Below are positions 1 through 9,800 of a DNA stretch of 64,000 nt, one piece after another. Location: assembly GCA_963728915.1 (NCBI GenBank), contig CAVSLV010000002.1, positions 288,001-352,000 on the forward strand. The letters are read 5' to 3'. The notes below the pieces were generated by a model. The model was not told the DNA's origin, did no database searches, and worked only from the letters and a program-made list of their open reading frames with translations. Both the position numbers and the translations under genes were made by a program. Within the stretch, counting starts at the first letter, position 1; each line of letters starts with the position of its first letter. The DNA comes from an uncultured Gemmatimonadales bacterium. GTDB taxonomy: Bacteria > Gemmatimonadota > Gemmatimonadetes > Gemmatimonadales > GWC2-71-9.

Positions 1-154
1 ATGTATCTGGGGATCCCCGGGCGAGCGCCGAGGTCGCCCGATCAGTTGCAGCGCCGTCGTCGCAAAGCGCCCGCGTGAGGCAGTCGGGTTAGGGCGGTCG
101 CCCCATTATGCGGCCGAAGATGGGAGCGGATGATTCAGCCATGAAGGCCACAGG

Positions 155-3100
155 ATGGTCAGCCGCAACTCCCGCCTGTCGTTAACCGACGCGAGTGCCC
201 TCGCCGAGCGGCTGTACGCCGTTCGAGCCAGGACGTCCGAGCTTCCATCCGAACGGGACCAGAACGTCCTCCTCGAGTCCGAGTCCGGGGACCGCTTCAT
301 CCTCAAGCTGGCCAACATCGCCGAACCGCGTCAGGTGCTTGAGGCCGAGTGTGCCGTCATGCTCCACCTCGCGCCAGGCGGACTCACTCCCCGGCTGATC
401 CCGACCGTAGGTGGCGATGCGATCGGCCGCCACGGCTCCCAGTTCGTGCGACTCACTTCGGCACTGCCGGGTACTACTCTCGGAACCGCGCGTCTCCACA
501 CCGACACCCTGCGACGCGACCTCGGCCGTGCGGTCGGCCGCCTGGGTCGCGCGCTCGAGACCTTCGATCATCCCGGCTTCCATCGGGATTTCTATTGGGA
601 CTTGGCGAACGGAGAGCGCATCGTCGAGAGCTTCCTCCCCCTGGTCGCCGACCTGGAGCTCGCCGACCAGATCAGAGATTTCGCAGTGTACCATAAGGCC
701 CATGTCGTCCCGCTTCTCTCGGGGTTCCAGCGCGGCGTCATCCATGGTGACCTCAACGACTACAACATCCTCATCGACGAGGCGCACCAGTCAGTCACCG
801 GGATCCTGGACTTTGGCGACATGGTGTACAGCCACACGGTCAACGATGTGGCGATCGCCTGTGCCTATGTTGCCCTGAGCGCCGAGGATCCCCTGGCCGC
901 AGCGGCAGCGGTCGTGGCCGGCCGCCACGAGACGTATCCACTGACCGAGTCCGAGCTCGAGGCACTTTTCAGCTTGATGTGCATGCGGCTCTGCATGAGC
1001 GCGTGCATCGCGGCCAAACAGACCGCGGAACGGCCCGGGGACGACTACCTCCGGATCAGCCAGGGACCCGTCGCCAGAACGTTGCCGCTCCTCTTGGGCG
1101 TCCATCCCCGATTTGCGCACTACACCTTTCGCGACGCATGTGGCCTGCCGCCGGTGCCGCATGCCCCTCGGGTTACGGCCTGGCTGGCGGAGAATTCCGC
1201 CAGGTTTGCGCCCCTGATCGGCCGGGATCTTCGCACGACCAAAGTGGCACCGATCGATCTCAGCGCCGGCAGTGCGCTCGTGTCCAGCGAGCCGTCCCAA
1301 AATGGCCCTGCAGAGCTCGATCGCCGCATTCAGCGCCGGCTCGACGAATATGGCGCGACGGTCGGTGCGGGAGGATACGCCGAGGCTCGGCTGATCTACG
1401 ATTGGCCCAACGAACCGACCGGAGTCGAGCCGCGGACGATCCATATCGGACTCGACCTCTCGCTGCCGGCCGGGACCCCGCTTCATGCCCCACTCGATGG
1501 CAGCGTACATGGGTTCGAGAACGCGGCAGCTTACCACGACTACGGGCCGGTCATCGTGCTGCGCCATCGGACCGACGGTCCCGAGCCCGTGGAGTTCTAT
1601 TCACTGTACGGACACCTGTCCTGCGACTCGCTCAAGGGACTACGGATTGGACAGCCGATCGCCAATGGTCAGGTGTTCGCGCGGGTCGGCAGCGCGCCCA
1701 CTAACGGCGACTGGTGGACCCACCTGCACTTCCAGCTCGTCACCGACCTCCTCGACGTCCCCTGCAACGTGGACGGTGTCGTCCACGCCAGCCAGCGACA
1801 GGTCTGGAAGAGTCTCTGCCCCAACCCGAACCTGATCCTGGGAATTGGCGAGAAGGGGCTGCCCCATCGCGCATCGAAGTCAGCGATAGCGGCAGCGCGC
1901 GAGAAGCATGTCGGCGGCAATGTACGAGTGTCCTACGGGGCGAGCCCGCTCAACATCGTCCGCGGCTACCAGCAGTACCTCTACGACGACGTGGCCCACC
2001 GTTACCTCGACGCGTACAACAATGTGGCGCACGTGGGCCACTGCCACCCGCGGGTGGTCCGCGCGGTGAGCGAACAAGTGGCCGTGCTCAACACCAACAC
2101 GCGATACCTCCAGGAGCAGCTCACCGAGTACGCCGAGCAGCTGACGGCGCTGTTACCGGGAACGCTCAGCGTCTGCTACTTCACGGCATCGGGGAGCGAA
2201 GCCAACGAGCTAGCGCTTCGCCTCGCGCGGGCCCGCACCCGGGCCCGCGATGTGATCGTGCTGGACTCGGCGTATCACGGTCACACCACGACGCTGATCG
2301 ACATCAGCCCCTACAAGCATGCGGGTCCGCGCGGGGAGGGCGCGCCGGATTGGGTGCACCGGGCGCCGCTCCCCGACGTGTATCGCGCGCGTGGCATCCA
2401 GGGTGATCCCGGCGCGTGGTTTGCGGCGCGGGTCGGAGACCTGATTGCCAATATCGCCGCGAAGGGTCGCCGTCTCTCAGCCTTCATCGCCGAGACCTGC
2501 CCCAGCGTAGGCGGGCAGATCATGCCGCCCTCGAGGTTCCTGGCGGACGTCTACGCGCGGGTGCGCGGGGCCGGCGGGCTCTGCATCGCCGACGAGGTTC
2601 AGACCGGCTTCGGCCGTCTGGGCACCCACTTCTGGGCCTTCGAGGCCCAGGGGTCTACCCCGGACATTGTGGTCCTCGGCAAGCCGATTGCCAATGGCTA
2701 TCCGATGGGGGCGGTGATCACCACGCGCGATATCGCCGAAAGCTTCGACAACGGCATGGAGTTCTTCAGCACCTTCGGCGGCAGCACCGCCGCGTGCGTG
2801 GCCGGCCGCATGACATTGCAGGTAACGCTCGACGAGAATCTCCAGCGGAACGCTCTTCTCGTGGGCGAGCGGATGTTGAGCGGACTCCGGAACTTGATGG
2901 GCGAGTTCGAGATCGTCGGGGATGTGCGGGGAACCGGACTCTTCCTCGGCGTCGAGCTGGTTCGTGACCGGCAGACCCTCGAGCCGGCACCCGCCGAAGC
3001 GAGCTTCGTAGTCGATCGCATGCGCCAGCGCGGCGTGCTGGTCGGCACCGACGGGCCGTACCACAACGTGATCAAGATCCGCGGCCCGATGCCACTCTCT

Positions 3101-3175
3101 CTTGCCGACGCCGACCAGGTCGTGGACACACTCTCCCGCGTGCTCCGCGAGCTGCCGGCGACCCTAAACGAATGA
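155..3175 (+). CDS. Fusion of aminoglycoside/hydroxylysine-kinase-like phosphotransferase, M23 peptidase and class III PLP aminotransferase/phospho-lyase
   Basis: 1006 aa ORF. Kinase motifs IHGDLNDYNIL and ILDFGD; M23 motifs HIGLD, LYGHL and HLHFQ; class III PLP motifs SGSEANE, DEVQTGFGR and GKPIANG. Confidence 0.9.
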   Translation: MVSRNSRLSLTDASALAERLYAVRARTSELPSERDQNVLLESESGDRFILKLANIAEPRQVLEAECAVMLHLAPGGLTPRLIPTVGGDAIGRHGSQFVRLTSALPGTTLGTARLHTDTLRRDLGRAVGRLGRALETFDHPGFHRDFYWDLANGERIVESFLPLVADLELADQIRDFAVYHKAHVVPLLSGFQRGVIHGDLNDYNILIDEAHQSVTGILDFGDMVYSHTVNDVAIACAYVALSAEDPLAAAAAVVAGRHETYPLTESELEALFSLMCMRLCMSACIAAKQTAERPGDDYLRISQGPVARTLPLLLGVHPRFAHYTFRDACGLPPVPHAPRVTAWLAENSARFAPLIGRDLRTTKVAPIDLSAGSALVSSEPSQNGPAELDRRIQRRLDEYGATVGAGGYAEARLIYDWPNEPTGVEPRTIHIGLDLSLPAGTPLHAPLDGSVHGFENAAAYHDYGPVIVLRHRTDGPEPVEFYSLYGHLSCDSLKGLRIGQPIANGQVFARVGSAPTNGDWWTHLHFQLVTDLLDVPCNVDGVVHASQRQVWKSLCPNPNLILGIGEKGLPHRASKSAIAAAREKHVGGNVRVSYGASPLNIVRGYQQYLYDDVAHRYLDAYNNVAHVGHCHPRVVRAVSEQVAVLNTNTRYLQEQLTEYAEQLTALLPGTLSVCYFTASGSEANELALRLARARTRARDVIVLDSAYHGHTTTLIDISPYKHAGPRGEGAPDWVHRAPLPDVYRARGIQGDPGAWFAARVGDLIANIAAKGRRLSAFIAETCPSVGGQIMPPSRFLADVYARVRGAGGLCIADEVQTGFGRLGTHFWAFEAQGSTPDIVVLGKPIANGYPMGAVITTRDIAESFDNGMEFFSTFGGSTAACVAGRMTLQVTLDENLQRNALLVGERMLSGLRNLMGEFEIVGDVRGTGLFLGVELVRDRQTLEPAPAEASFVVDRMRQRGVLVGTDGPYHNVIKIRGPMPLSLADADQVVDTLSRVLRELPATLNE

Positions 3176-3313
3176 AAGGCCGACAGCGAACCGTCGCTAC
3201 GAAGACGCCTCGCTTCGTTACACGGGAATCGAGAGCCATGAGGGCCTGACCCATTACGGGCTCTACGACACGGTGGTCGCACGAGAATAGGACCACAATA
3301 AGCGCCGCGCGCC

Positions 3314-3946
3314 TTACTTGGATGGCTCGTGCTTCTCCGATCGCGTCGCAACGACGCTACCATCGGCATCACACACTTCTGCTGGGAAGAGGGATTTCTC
3401 AAGATGGACCAATCGCAGCCTCCGCGCATCTGAGGTTTGTCCCGCGGCAGCAACCAGCTCCATGCTGAACGGACGTCCAATTGGGGCGATTACACGAATA
3501 TCCTTGTGCGGGAATCTCGCTTTTATCATCTTGACCGCTGGGGTGAGATCGGAGTCGCCGGTCAGCAGCAGAGCACGGTCAAAGCGATTCTCGTAGGCGT
3601 CCTGGACCAGTCGGATCCCAATGTTGACGTCGGTTTCTTTTTCTTCATGGTCCTTCCAAGCATGCTGGCATGAATGGCAATGTCGATCCTTCTCTTTGAA
3701 CCGGCCAAGTACGGCTGATACTCCTACCGTTTCCAGCGCCTTGACGAAGGCTCGGTGCCTTGCAAAAGCGTCCGCGCGCCAGGTTGCGAACGCAGAGAAG
3801 TAGTCGACTGCAACAAGCTCGTGATCCGGCCGAGGTGCGAACATAAGGCAGAGCTGCCAGAGATTCAGCCACTTCAAATCGTGCCGCCCCAATTCATCGA
3901 TGGCGTGGTAGAGATTGAAGCCATCGATGTACGAGCTGACTCGCAT
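3314..3946 (-). CDS. NYN (LabA/DUF88, PIN-like) domain ribonuclease
   Basis: Motifs YIDGFNLYH, EKETDV and LTGDSDL, with a CxxC insert (CHSC). ATG at 3946 is preceded by GGAG at 8 nt spacing. Confidence 0.88.
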   Translation of the reverse strand: MRVSSYIDGFNLYHAIDELGRHDLKWLNLWQLCLMFAPRPDHELVAVDYFSAFATWRADAFARHRAFVKALETVGVSAVLGRFKEKDRHCHSCQHAWKDHEEKETDVNIGIRLVQDAYENRFDRALLLTGDSDLTPAVKMIKARFPHKDIRVIAPIGRPFSMELVAAAGQTSDARRLRLVHLEKSLFPAEVCDADGSVVATRSEKHEPSK

Positions 3947-3953
3947 CGGGCGT

Positions 3954-4020
3954 GCTCCGCAAAGTAAAAGCCCGTGGACCGGAGCCCACGGGCACCACCG
4001 GGTCATGCCCGGCGGGATGA
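3954..4020 (-). ncRNA. Structured 5' leader of the NYN gene: two hairpins, a U-tract and a possible pseudoknot with the RBS
   Basis: Minus-strand stems CCGCCGGG/CCCGGUGG (4015-3995) and GCCCGUGG/CCACGGGC (3993-3970), followed by UUUUACUUU. Loop GCUCCG is complementary to CGGAGC (3959-3954). Confidence 0.55.
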
Positions 4021-4251
4021 ACAGATACAATATACACGTCTGTCAATACCGATTTGCTGCGTTCGGGGGGTCATTAGAACGAGCGTGGGCAGGATGCAAA
4101 ACGTTGCGCATTTCGCGGCGCAGCTAACCCGCGGGCCCCTATGTGGCGTCTCCGCGGCCGGCGACCGAATATGGAGCGTTCGCGAGACTCCCCGTAACCC
4201 GCGCTCGGCGATAACTTGGCTCGCAGGGCCGCTCAGAGGTTAGGACCCCAG

Positions 4252-4642
4252 CTACCCCACTTGCTTGAGAAATGACCGCACCTCCCAGTACACCCTGACC
4301 CGCTTGATCTTGTCATTCTGAACTCGTTAACTCACACAGAGCGGCACCACCACCATCTTTCCCGTGGGCTTGACCCCGGCGAACTTCCCGATGTGCTTCC
4401 CAACGAAGTCTGCCTCGAGCACTGCTTTCCCACCCGCCACTACCAGGTTCTTCGTCTCCGCCTTCCCTCGACTCCCTTGTGCTCGTCGCCCGTGGCCATG
4501 TTGGTGAACACCACGTCCGACGCCATCATGCTGAGATCGGCGTGCCCTGACTTGGGGTGAAGGGAATGCTGCACTTCGTGTTCACGTGGCGTTCGATGCG
4601 GATGTATTGCTCGACCGCTCGCCGGGTGCGCTCGATCGACAT
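4252..4642 (-). pseudogene. Decayed, internally rearranged paralogue of the SnoaL/ester-cyclase gene at 6397-6786
   Basis: Aligns by eye with 6397-6786 (MSIERTRRAVEQYI...SDVVFTNMATGDEH...FVGKHIG...FLKQVG*). It has frameshifts, and one segment is inverted and displaced. Confidence 0.85.
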
Positions 4643-4668
4643 GTGTATTGGGGACTAGTGGTTAGGGG

Positions 4669-4879
4669 CTAGGGGGCTTTCGCGATCGAATCCTCGAGAC
4701 GTCGGCGAGCCGCCGCCGAGTCGGTGACTTTCAAGGCTCCTCGAACCCCGGCCGCGTTGGGCAGCTTCGAGGCGCCGATGATACTGTCCCGCTCCTGCTG
4801 GGTCAAAATTGTCCCGAGGCTTCGAGGAACAGGCCGCAAGCACCAGGAGTACCGCAGCCGCGAAGTATCGCAGGTTCAA
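4669..4879 (-). pseudogene. Small lipoprotein, frameshifted
   Basis: TTG start, signal peptide with lipobox (LRYFAAAVLLVLAAC). After one frame change it continues TQQERDSIIGASKLPNAAGVRGALKVTDSAAARRRLEDSIAKAP*. Confidence 0.55.
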
Positions 4880-5400
4880 TCCGCCCATAGAAAGACTCCC
4901 CGCCCCGAAGAGCGCCGAATAGACCAGCAGACAACCGAGCACCCAGCCGATCAGCGCCTGAGCCGTCGAATCGGGCGAGGGGCCGGCCCCCGACGCCTCG
5001 CGCACCTTCTTCCAACCCGGCCCCGACGGCTTCACGAGCTGGTAGAACCTGCTCAGCGTTTCGGGCGCCATCTGGGGGGCCCAGGAATGCCACCGTCACC
5101 CAGATGACCGTGGTCGAGAGCAACCGTCGCAATGAGCGAGAGGTCATCGGGAAGCTGGGCCCCGCTCTTCCGCGCGATGAAGAAGCCCACCGACACCACG
5201 AACGAGCCGACCATCGCGGCGATCTCGCACCAGGCGCTCACCCGACACCAGAACCATCTCAATAGGTATAGGAGCCCGGTACCCGCGCCGATCGAGAGAA
5301 TCAGAGCGAACGCCTCCCGCGCGGTGCCCAGCGCATAGGTCATGAGTGCCGCCGCGACCATGAGCCCCGCAGTGGTGAGCCGGCCCGCCAGCACGTACAC
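4880..5400 (-). pseudogene. C-terminal fragment of a sodium:solute symporter (SSS family)
   Basis: ILSIGAGTGLLYLLRWFW.RVSAWCEIAAM and RFYQLVKPSGPGW motifs are split over three frames, and the N-terminal part is absent. Confidence 0.7.
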
Positions 5401-5568
5401 AGGTCCTGACCAGTCGGCCAGGTGGCGAAAGCGGCGCCGTTGCCGGGTTAGGACACAGCGCCCCGCCTATTGGATCTCACAGTCCCATCCCGGCTCGCTC
5501 CGAGTGGCGTAAATTGCACCTCCCGCCCCGGGCTTATATGTTCCCGCCAGGCTTTTCAGGCCGGTCGG

Positions 5569-6372
5569 ATGGGTGTTCGCGGGTGGTTCCTCGTTGTCCT
5601 GCTCCTCCATTCCCCGGTTCTGCTCGCCGCCCAGCAGGGAATCCTGGCCGGAGTAGTCCACGATTCCGGCGGGGCTCCCCTTCCCGGCGTCGAGGTTCTG
5701 GTCCAGGGATCGGGACGACAAACCACCACCGACAAAGCCGGGCAGTTTGTGTTGACCGGACTGCCCTTCGGGCCGATGACGGTCCTGATTCGTTCGGTGG
5801 GGTTCCGACCCATCGAACGGGGGGTGATTCTGCTCAAGGGCGACACGGCCCGACTCGACCTGACCCTGACCGCCGAATCGGCGCAGACGCTTCCCGCCAT
5901 CACGACCAAGGCGCGACGGGACCCTCCGCGAGGCATGGGGATTCGGGAGTCGTTCGAGGAGCGGAGGAAGCTCGGGTTCGGGAAGTTCATCGACTCGACG
6001 GTGCTCCGCCGTAACGAGCACCGAAGGATGGTGGATCTCCTGCGGGGCATTCCCGGGATCACCTTCGTGTGGGCCCCCATACCTGATTGCCCACCGGGGG
6101 ATCTGAAGAGATGCCCCCGTGAGCTCTATGCGCGGGGGACTCGAACTGGCAGAATTTCCGGTGGGTGCTTCGCGACGATCATCGAAGACGGCATGATGAT
6201 CTATCGGTCCGATGGAGGCCTGGGTTACCCGCCCGACTGGAGTCGGGAGTTCTACATCAACGATTACGAGGCGGTCGAGGTCTATCGCAGCGCCGCGGAG
6301 ATGCCGATCGAGTTCAACGGCAGCTCGAGCCAGTGCGGCGTCATCGTGTTATGGACCCGGCGGGGTCACTGA
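5569..6372 (+). CDS. Secreted protein with carboxypeptidase-regulatory-like domain and TonB-plug-like C-terminus
   Basis: Signal peptide, G.VHDSGGAPLPGVEV...TDKAGQF, and C-terminal AVEVYRSAAEMPIEF...CGVIVLWT. Confidence 0.75.
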   Translation: MGVRGWFLVVLLLHSPVLLAAQQGILAGVVHDSGGAPLPGVEVLVQGSGRQTTTDKAGQFVLTGLPFGPMTVLIRSVGFRPIERGVILLKGDTARLDLTLTAESAQTLPAITTKARRDPPRGMGIRESFEERRKLGFGKFIDSTVLRRNEHRRMVDLLRGIPGITFVWAPIPDCPPGDLKRCPRELYARGTRTGRISGGCFATIIEDGMMIYRSDGGLGYPPDWSREFYINDYEAVEVYRSAAEMPIEFNGSSSQCGVIVLWTRRGH

Positions 6373-6396
6373 ACCGGGTCCCCGCTCGAGGACCGG

Positions 6397-6786
6397 CTAC
6401 CCCACCTGCTTCAGGAAGGCCGGCACTTCCCAGTACACCCGGCCCCGCTTGATCTTGTCGTTCTCCAGGTCGTAGGTCACGCAGAGGGGTACCCGCACCT
6501 GCTTGCCGGTCGGCTTGACCCCGGCGAACTCCCCGATGTGCTTGCCGACAAAATCGGCCTCGAACACCGCTTTCCCGTCGGCCACAACCAGGTTCCTGGT
6601 TTCGGCTTTGGCGTCGAACGCGACGTGGTACACGAAGTTGAGCATCTGTTTGACCCCTTCCACCCCGCGATGCTCGTCGCCCGTGGCCATGTTGGTGAAC
6701 ACCACATCGCTCGCCAACATACTGAGATCAGTGTGGTTCGACTGGATGTACCGTTCCACCGCCTTCCGGGTACCGTCGACCGACAT
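6397..6786 (-). CDS. SnoaL-like / NTF2-fold ester cyclase family protein
   Basis: 129 aa with FVGKHIGEFAGVKPTGKQVRVP and GGAG RBS. It is the last gene of the MoxR operon. Confidence 0.85.
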   Translation of the reverse strand: MSVDGTRKAVERYIQSNHTDLSMLASDVVFTNMATGDEHRGVEGVKQMLNFVYHVAFDAKAETRNLVVADGKAVFEADFVGKHIGEFAGVKPTGKQVRVPLCVTYDLENDKIKRGRVYWEVPAFLKQVG

Positions 6787-6800
6787 GGTGCTCCTCCGGG

Positions 6801-9800
6801 TCAGGGTTTCGGGTTCGGGTTGGGCTTCTTCTCCCGCGACAGCGACCTGTAATACTCCTCCACCAGCGCCCGATACTCCGGCGGGGCCTGGGAGGGTGAC
6901 CCCACTGCTGGACCCTTATCGCCATTCTGGGTCAGGGCCCGCCAGAGCCGGAACTCCCAGGTCTTGAGCCCTTCGATGATGGATTGCTGGAGATCCTGCA
7001 TCCGGGCCGGATCCCGGAACGGCTCCCCGGTCTCGAGTTGCCGGAGCCCTCGGATCGCGCGGTCCAGCTCACCCAGCTCGATCCCTTCCTGACGAGCCAC
7101 CTCGCGCCGGAGACTCTCCGCCGCTTCCCGGCGGAGTCGGTACTCCCGGCTCAGCTGCCGGGCCGCTTCGCCCGTGATCGGCCCACCGCCTCCGCCGGCG
7201 GGATTGCCTCCCCCGCCCATCGGATTCGGCCCTAACCCGCCCTGGTTGCCGCCCCGCGGCTGCCCGGCCTGGCCACCACCCTGCCCCTGTCCTGGCTGGC
7301 CTCCCGGTTGCCCACCCGGGGCCTGACCCGGTTGACCCCCTGGTTGCCCTCCCTGCTCCTGTCCGCCTGTCCGCCGGTCCGCCTGTCCGCCCCGTTCCTG
7401 CCCGCCGGTCCGCCGGTCCGCCGGTCCGCCCGTTCTGTCTCTCATCGACTCCAGCCCCCGCACCAGGTTCCGCGCCTGGTCGAGCGCCCGGTCCCGCTTA
7501 TCATCGGCCGATTCGCCCAGCGCCCCGACTGCCTCGCGCAGCTTGTCGGCGGCATCACTCAACCCCTGGGTGATCTGCCCCTCGAATTGATTGGCGTAGT
7601 CCGGCGAATTCCCCCGCATCACACCCTTCGAATAGACGATGCGGTCCCGGATCCGCCCGCTCTGGAGCTGCTCCGCCGCCTGCCCCGCCCGGCCCGCGGC
7701 GCCGGGCTGCTCGCGGCGCCCTTCCCGGGCGGCGCGCTCCGCGTCCGACTGGAGCCGGTCCACTTCGGCGGCCAGCCCGTCCTTCCGCTCATCCAGCCGC
7801 TGGAGCCGCTGGTTCCGTTCCGCCGGAGAAGCGCCCCCTAACCCGCGGACCTGCTCCGCGATATCCCGCTGCCGCTCGGCGAGGTCCCGGGCCCGGCGCT
7901 CGAGGTCGCGCACCTGATCCGCGAGGCCGTTGCTCCGGGAGTTCTCCAGGTCCTTGGTGGCCCGGCGAAGCCGGTCCAGCGCATTCCCGCCCTGCGCCGC
8001 CGACCCCGTGGCATCGCTGCCCGCCTTTCGCATCGCATCGGCGGCATCCTTGAGTTGCCGCGCCGTTTCGGCGAGCTGCGGGTTGTTCTGCTCCCGGGCC
8101 AGCCGCTCCAGTCGCCGCGCTTCTTCCTCGGCTTGCCGGGCCAGATCACGCTGACCACCCCCGCCCCCACCCCCACCCCCACCCCCGGCGGCGCCGCTCT
8201 GCTGCCCGGTCCGATCCCGAAGCGCATCGGCGGCCCGCTGCATCCGCTCGTTTTCCTGCTGCTGACGGGCCGCGAGCTGGCGCAGCCGTTCGGCGATTGC
8301 ATCCACCTCCTGCTGGGCGGTTTGCGACCGCTCCCGCTGGACCTGTTCGTACTGGTTCTGCAGCTTGTCGTTCTCCAGCTCGAACAGGTCGGCCAGGTCT
8401 TCGGCCCGGGATTGCTGCGCACCGCCCCCGCCGCCCCCGCCCCCGCCGCCGAGCTGAACCTGGACATCCCGATACACCGCCTCGGCCCGCTGCACGTGCT
8501 GGAGCGCCCGCTCCTCACCCGGAAGCGCGTCGCGCGCTTTGCCGGTGCCGAGCTGCTCTTCCGCGGTCTGCATTTCCTTCCCCGCGGCGTCGAGCTCGTC
8601 CTTGATCTTGGCGAAGCTGGTGTCGCTCGACGCCACGTTGCGTTCCACCAGCCGGCGCACCAGTCCCTGCACATCCTGCTTGAGCCGGCCCTGGCTGATG
8701 GCAAGAGTGGTCAGATCTTCCTTGCGCTGCTTCTCCACGGTGGCGGAGCTGTCGCGGAGCCAGTTGAACGTCCCCGCGATCACCTCACGCTGGCGGGCCG
8801 AGAGCCCTTCCGGTGAATCGGCGCCGCCACCACCTCCCCCTCCACCGCCGGATTCCGCCTGGCGATAGTCGCGGCCGAACGGGCGCACCTCCAGGAAGTA
8901 GATATCGCTCGAACCGGTGTTTCCGGCTCCGTCCCTGGCGGTGGCATGATACGAGATCAGGTCGCCGGCCTTGAGGCTCATCTCCTCGAGGAAGAGGGTA
9001 CGCGCCGCGCGGAGGTCCGCGGAGGAAGTCTTTCCGGAGTCGGCGACCGTAACCCGCTGCTCCGGACCCCCGTTCACCGAGTACAGCAGCTCGAGCCCGG
9101 TCACCCCGTAATCATCGGAGGCCGCCAGCGCGATCGTGACTTCCTCGACCGAGGTCACCTTGGTGTCCCGGCCCGGCTGCTCGATCCGGACCGTGGGCTT
9201 GTGGTCCTCCAGCGCTTCGATCACGTATTGCAGCGAGCCCGGAACCGGGGTGCCATCCGGCGCCACCAGGTCCACCCGGTAGAAGCCGTCCTTCGCGATC
9301 CGGAAGCTCCCGCTCCAGCGGCCCGCCGAGTCGGCCGCGAGCGGGATCACGGTCCCGTCATCGAGGCGAACCGAGGCGCCCTTGGCGGCGCGGGTTACTG
9401 TCGTCCGCACCCGGACCGTCGTCCCGGTCAGCGCCGCCACGTCTCCACCCGGATCCATGGTCTCGGGCGCGAGCCCGGTGTAGGCCGGATAGTGGAGCGT
9501 GAGGGCAAGGCTCTGGACTGCGGGCAGATCGGTGACCGACAGCTTGTAGGCGGGAGACTTCACGCCCTCCGACTCCACGAAGTACTCGGTCGCCCGCACC
9601 AGGTCGAACACCCGCGCCGAGAACGTACCGGCCGCCGAATCGCGCTGCATGGGAACCCGGAGCCACTCGCTCGCCGTGTCCGCGCGCATCACCAGCTCGG
9701 CCCCGTCGGATTCGAATCCGCGAAGAGAGGCCTCGACCTGCACCGCACCGCCCCGGGGCACCGACGCGTTGCCCGGGGTGACTGAGATCGCGACCACCGG

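Noticed and set aside
85..94. Telomere-like TTAGGG repeat
   Set aside because: Copies are isolated and never tandem; covered by the over-represented 9-mer finding.
4018..4046. Canonical sigma70 promoter for NYN (TTGACA at 4046-4041, minus strand)
   Set aside because: The TANNNT candidates lie only 6-8 nt from TTGACA rather than 16-18, so this is treated only as an AT-rich promoter-like region.
4123..4246. Possible integron attC site (GCTAAC...GTTAGG) next to the NYN gene
   Set aside because: The ends do not fit RYYYAAC/GTTRRRY, internal pairing is weak, no integrase is present, and GTTAGG is a common motif in this window.
7200..8860. CRISPR-like or mobile repeats in G/C-rich tracts
   Set aside because: These are in-frame poly-Gly and GGQP linkers with no repeat-spacer periodicity and no cas genes.
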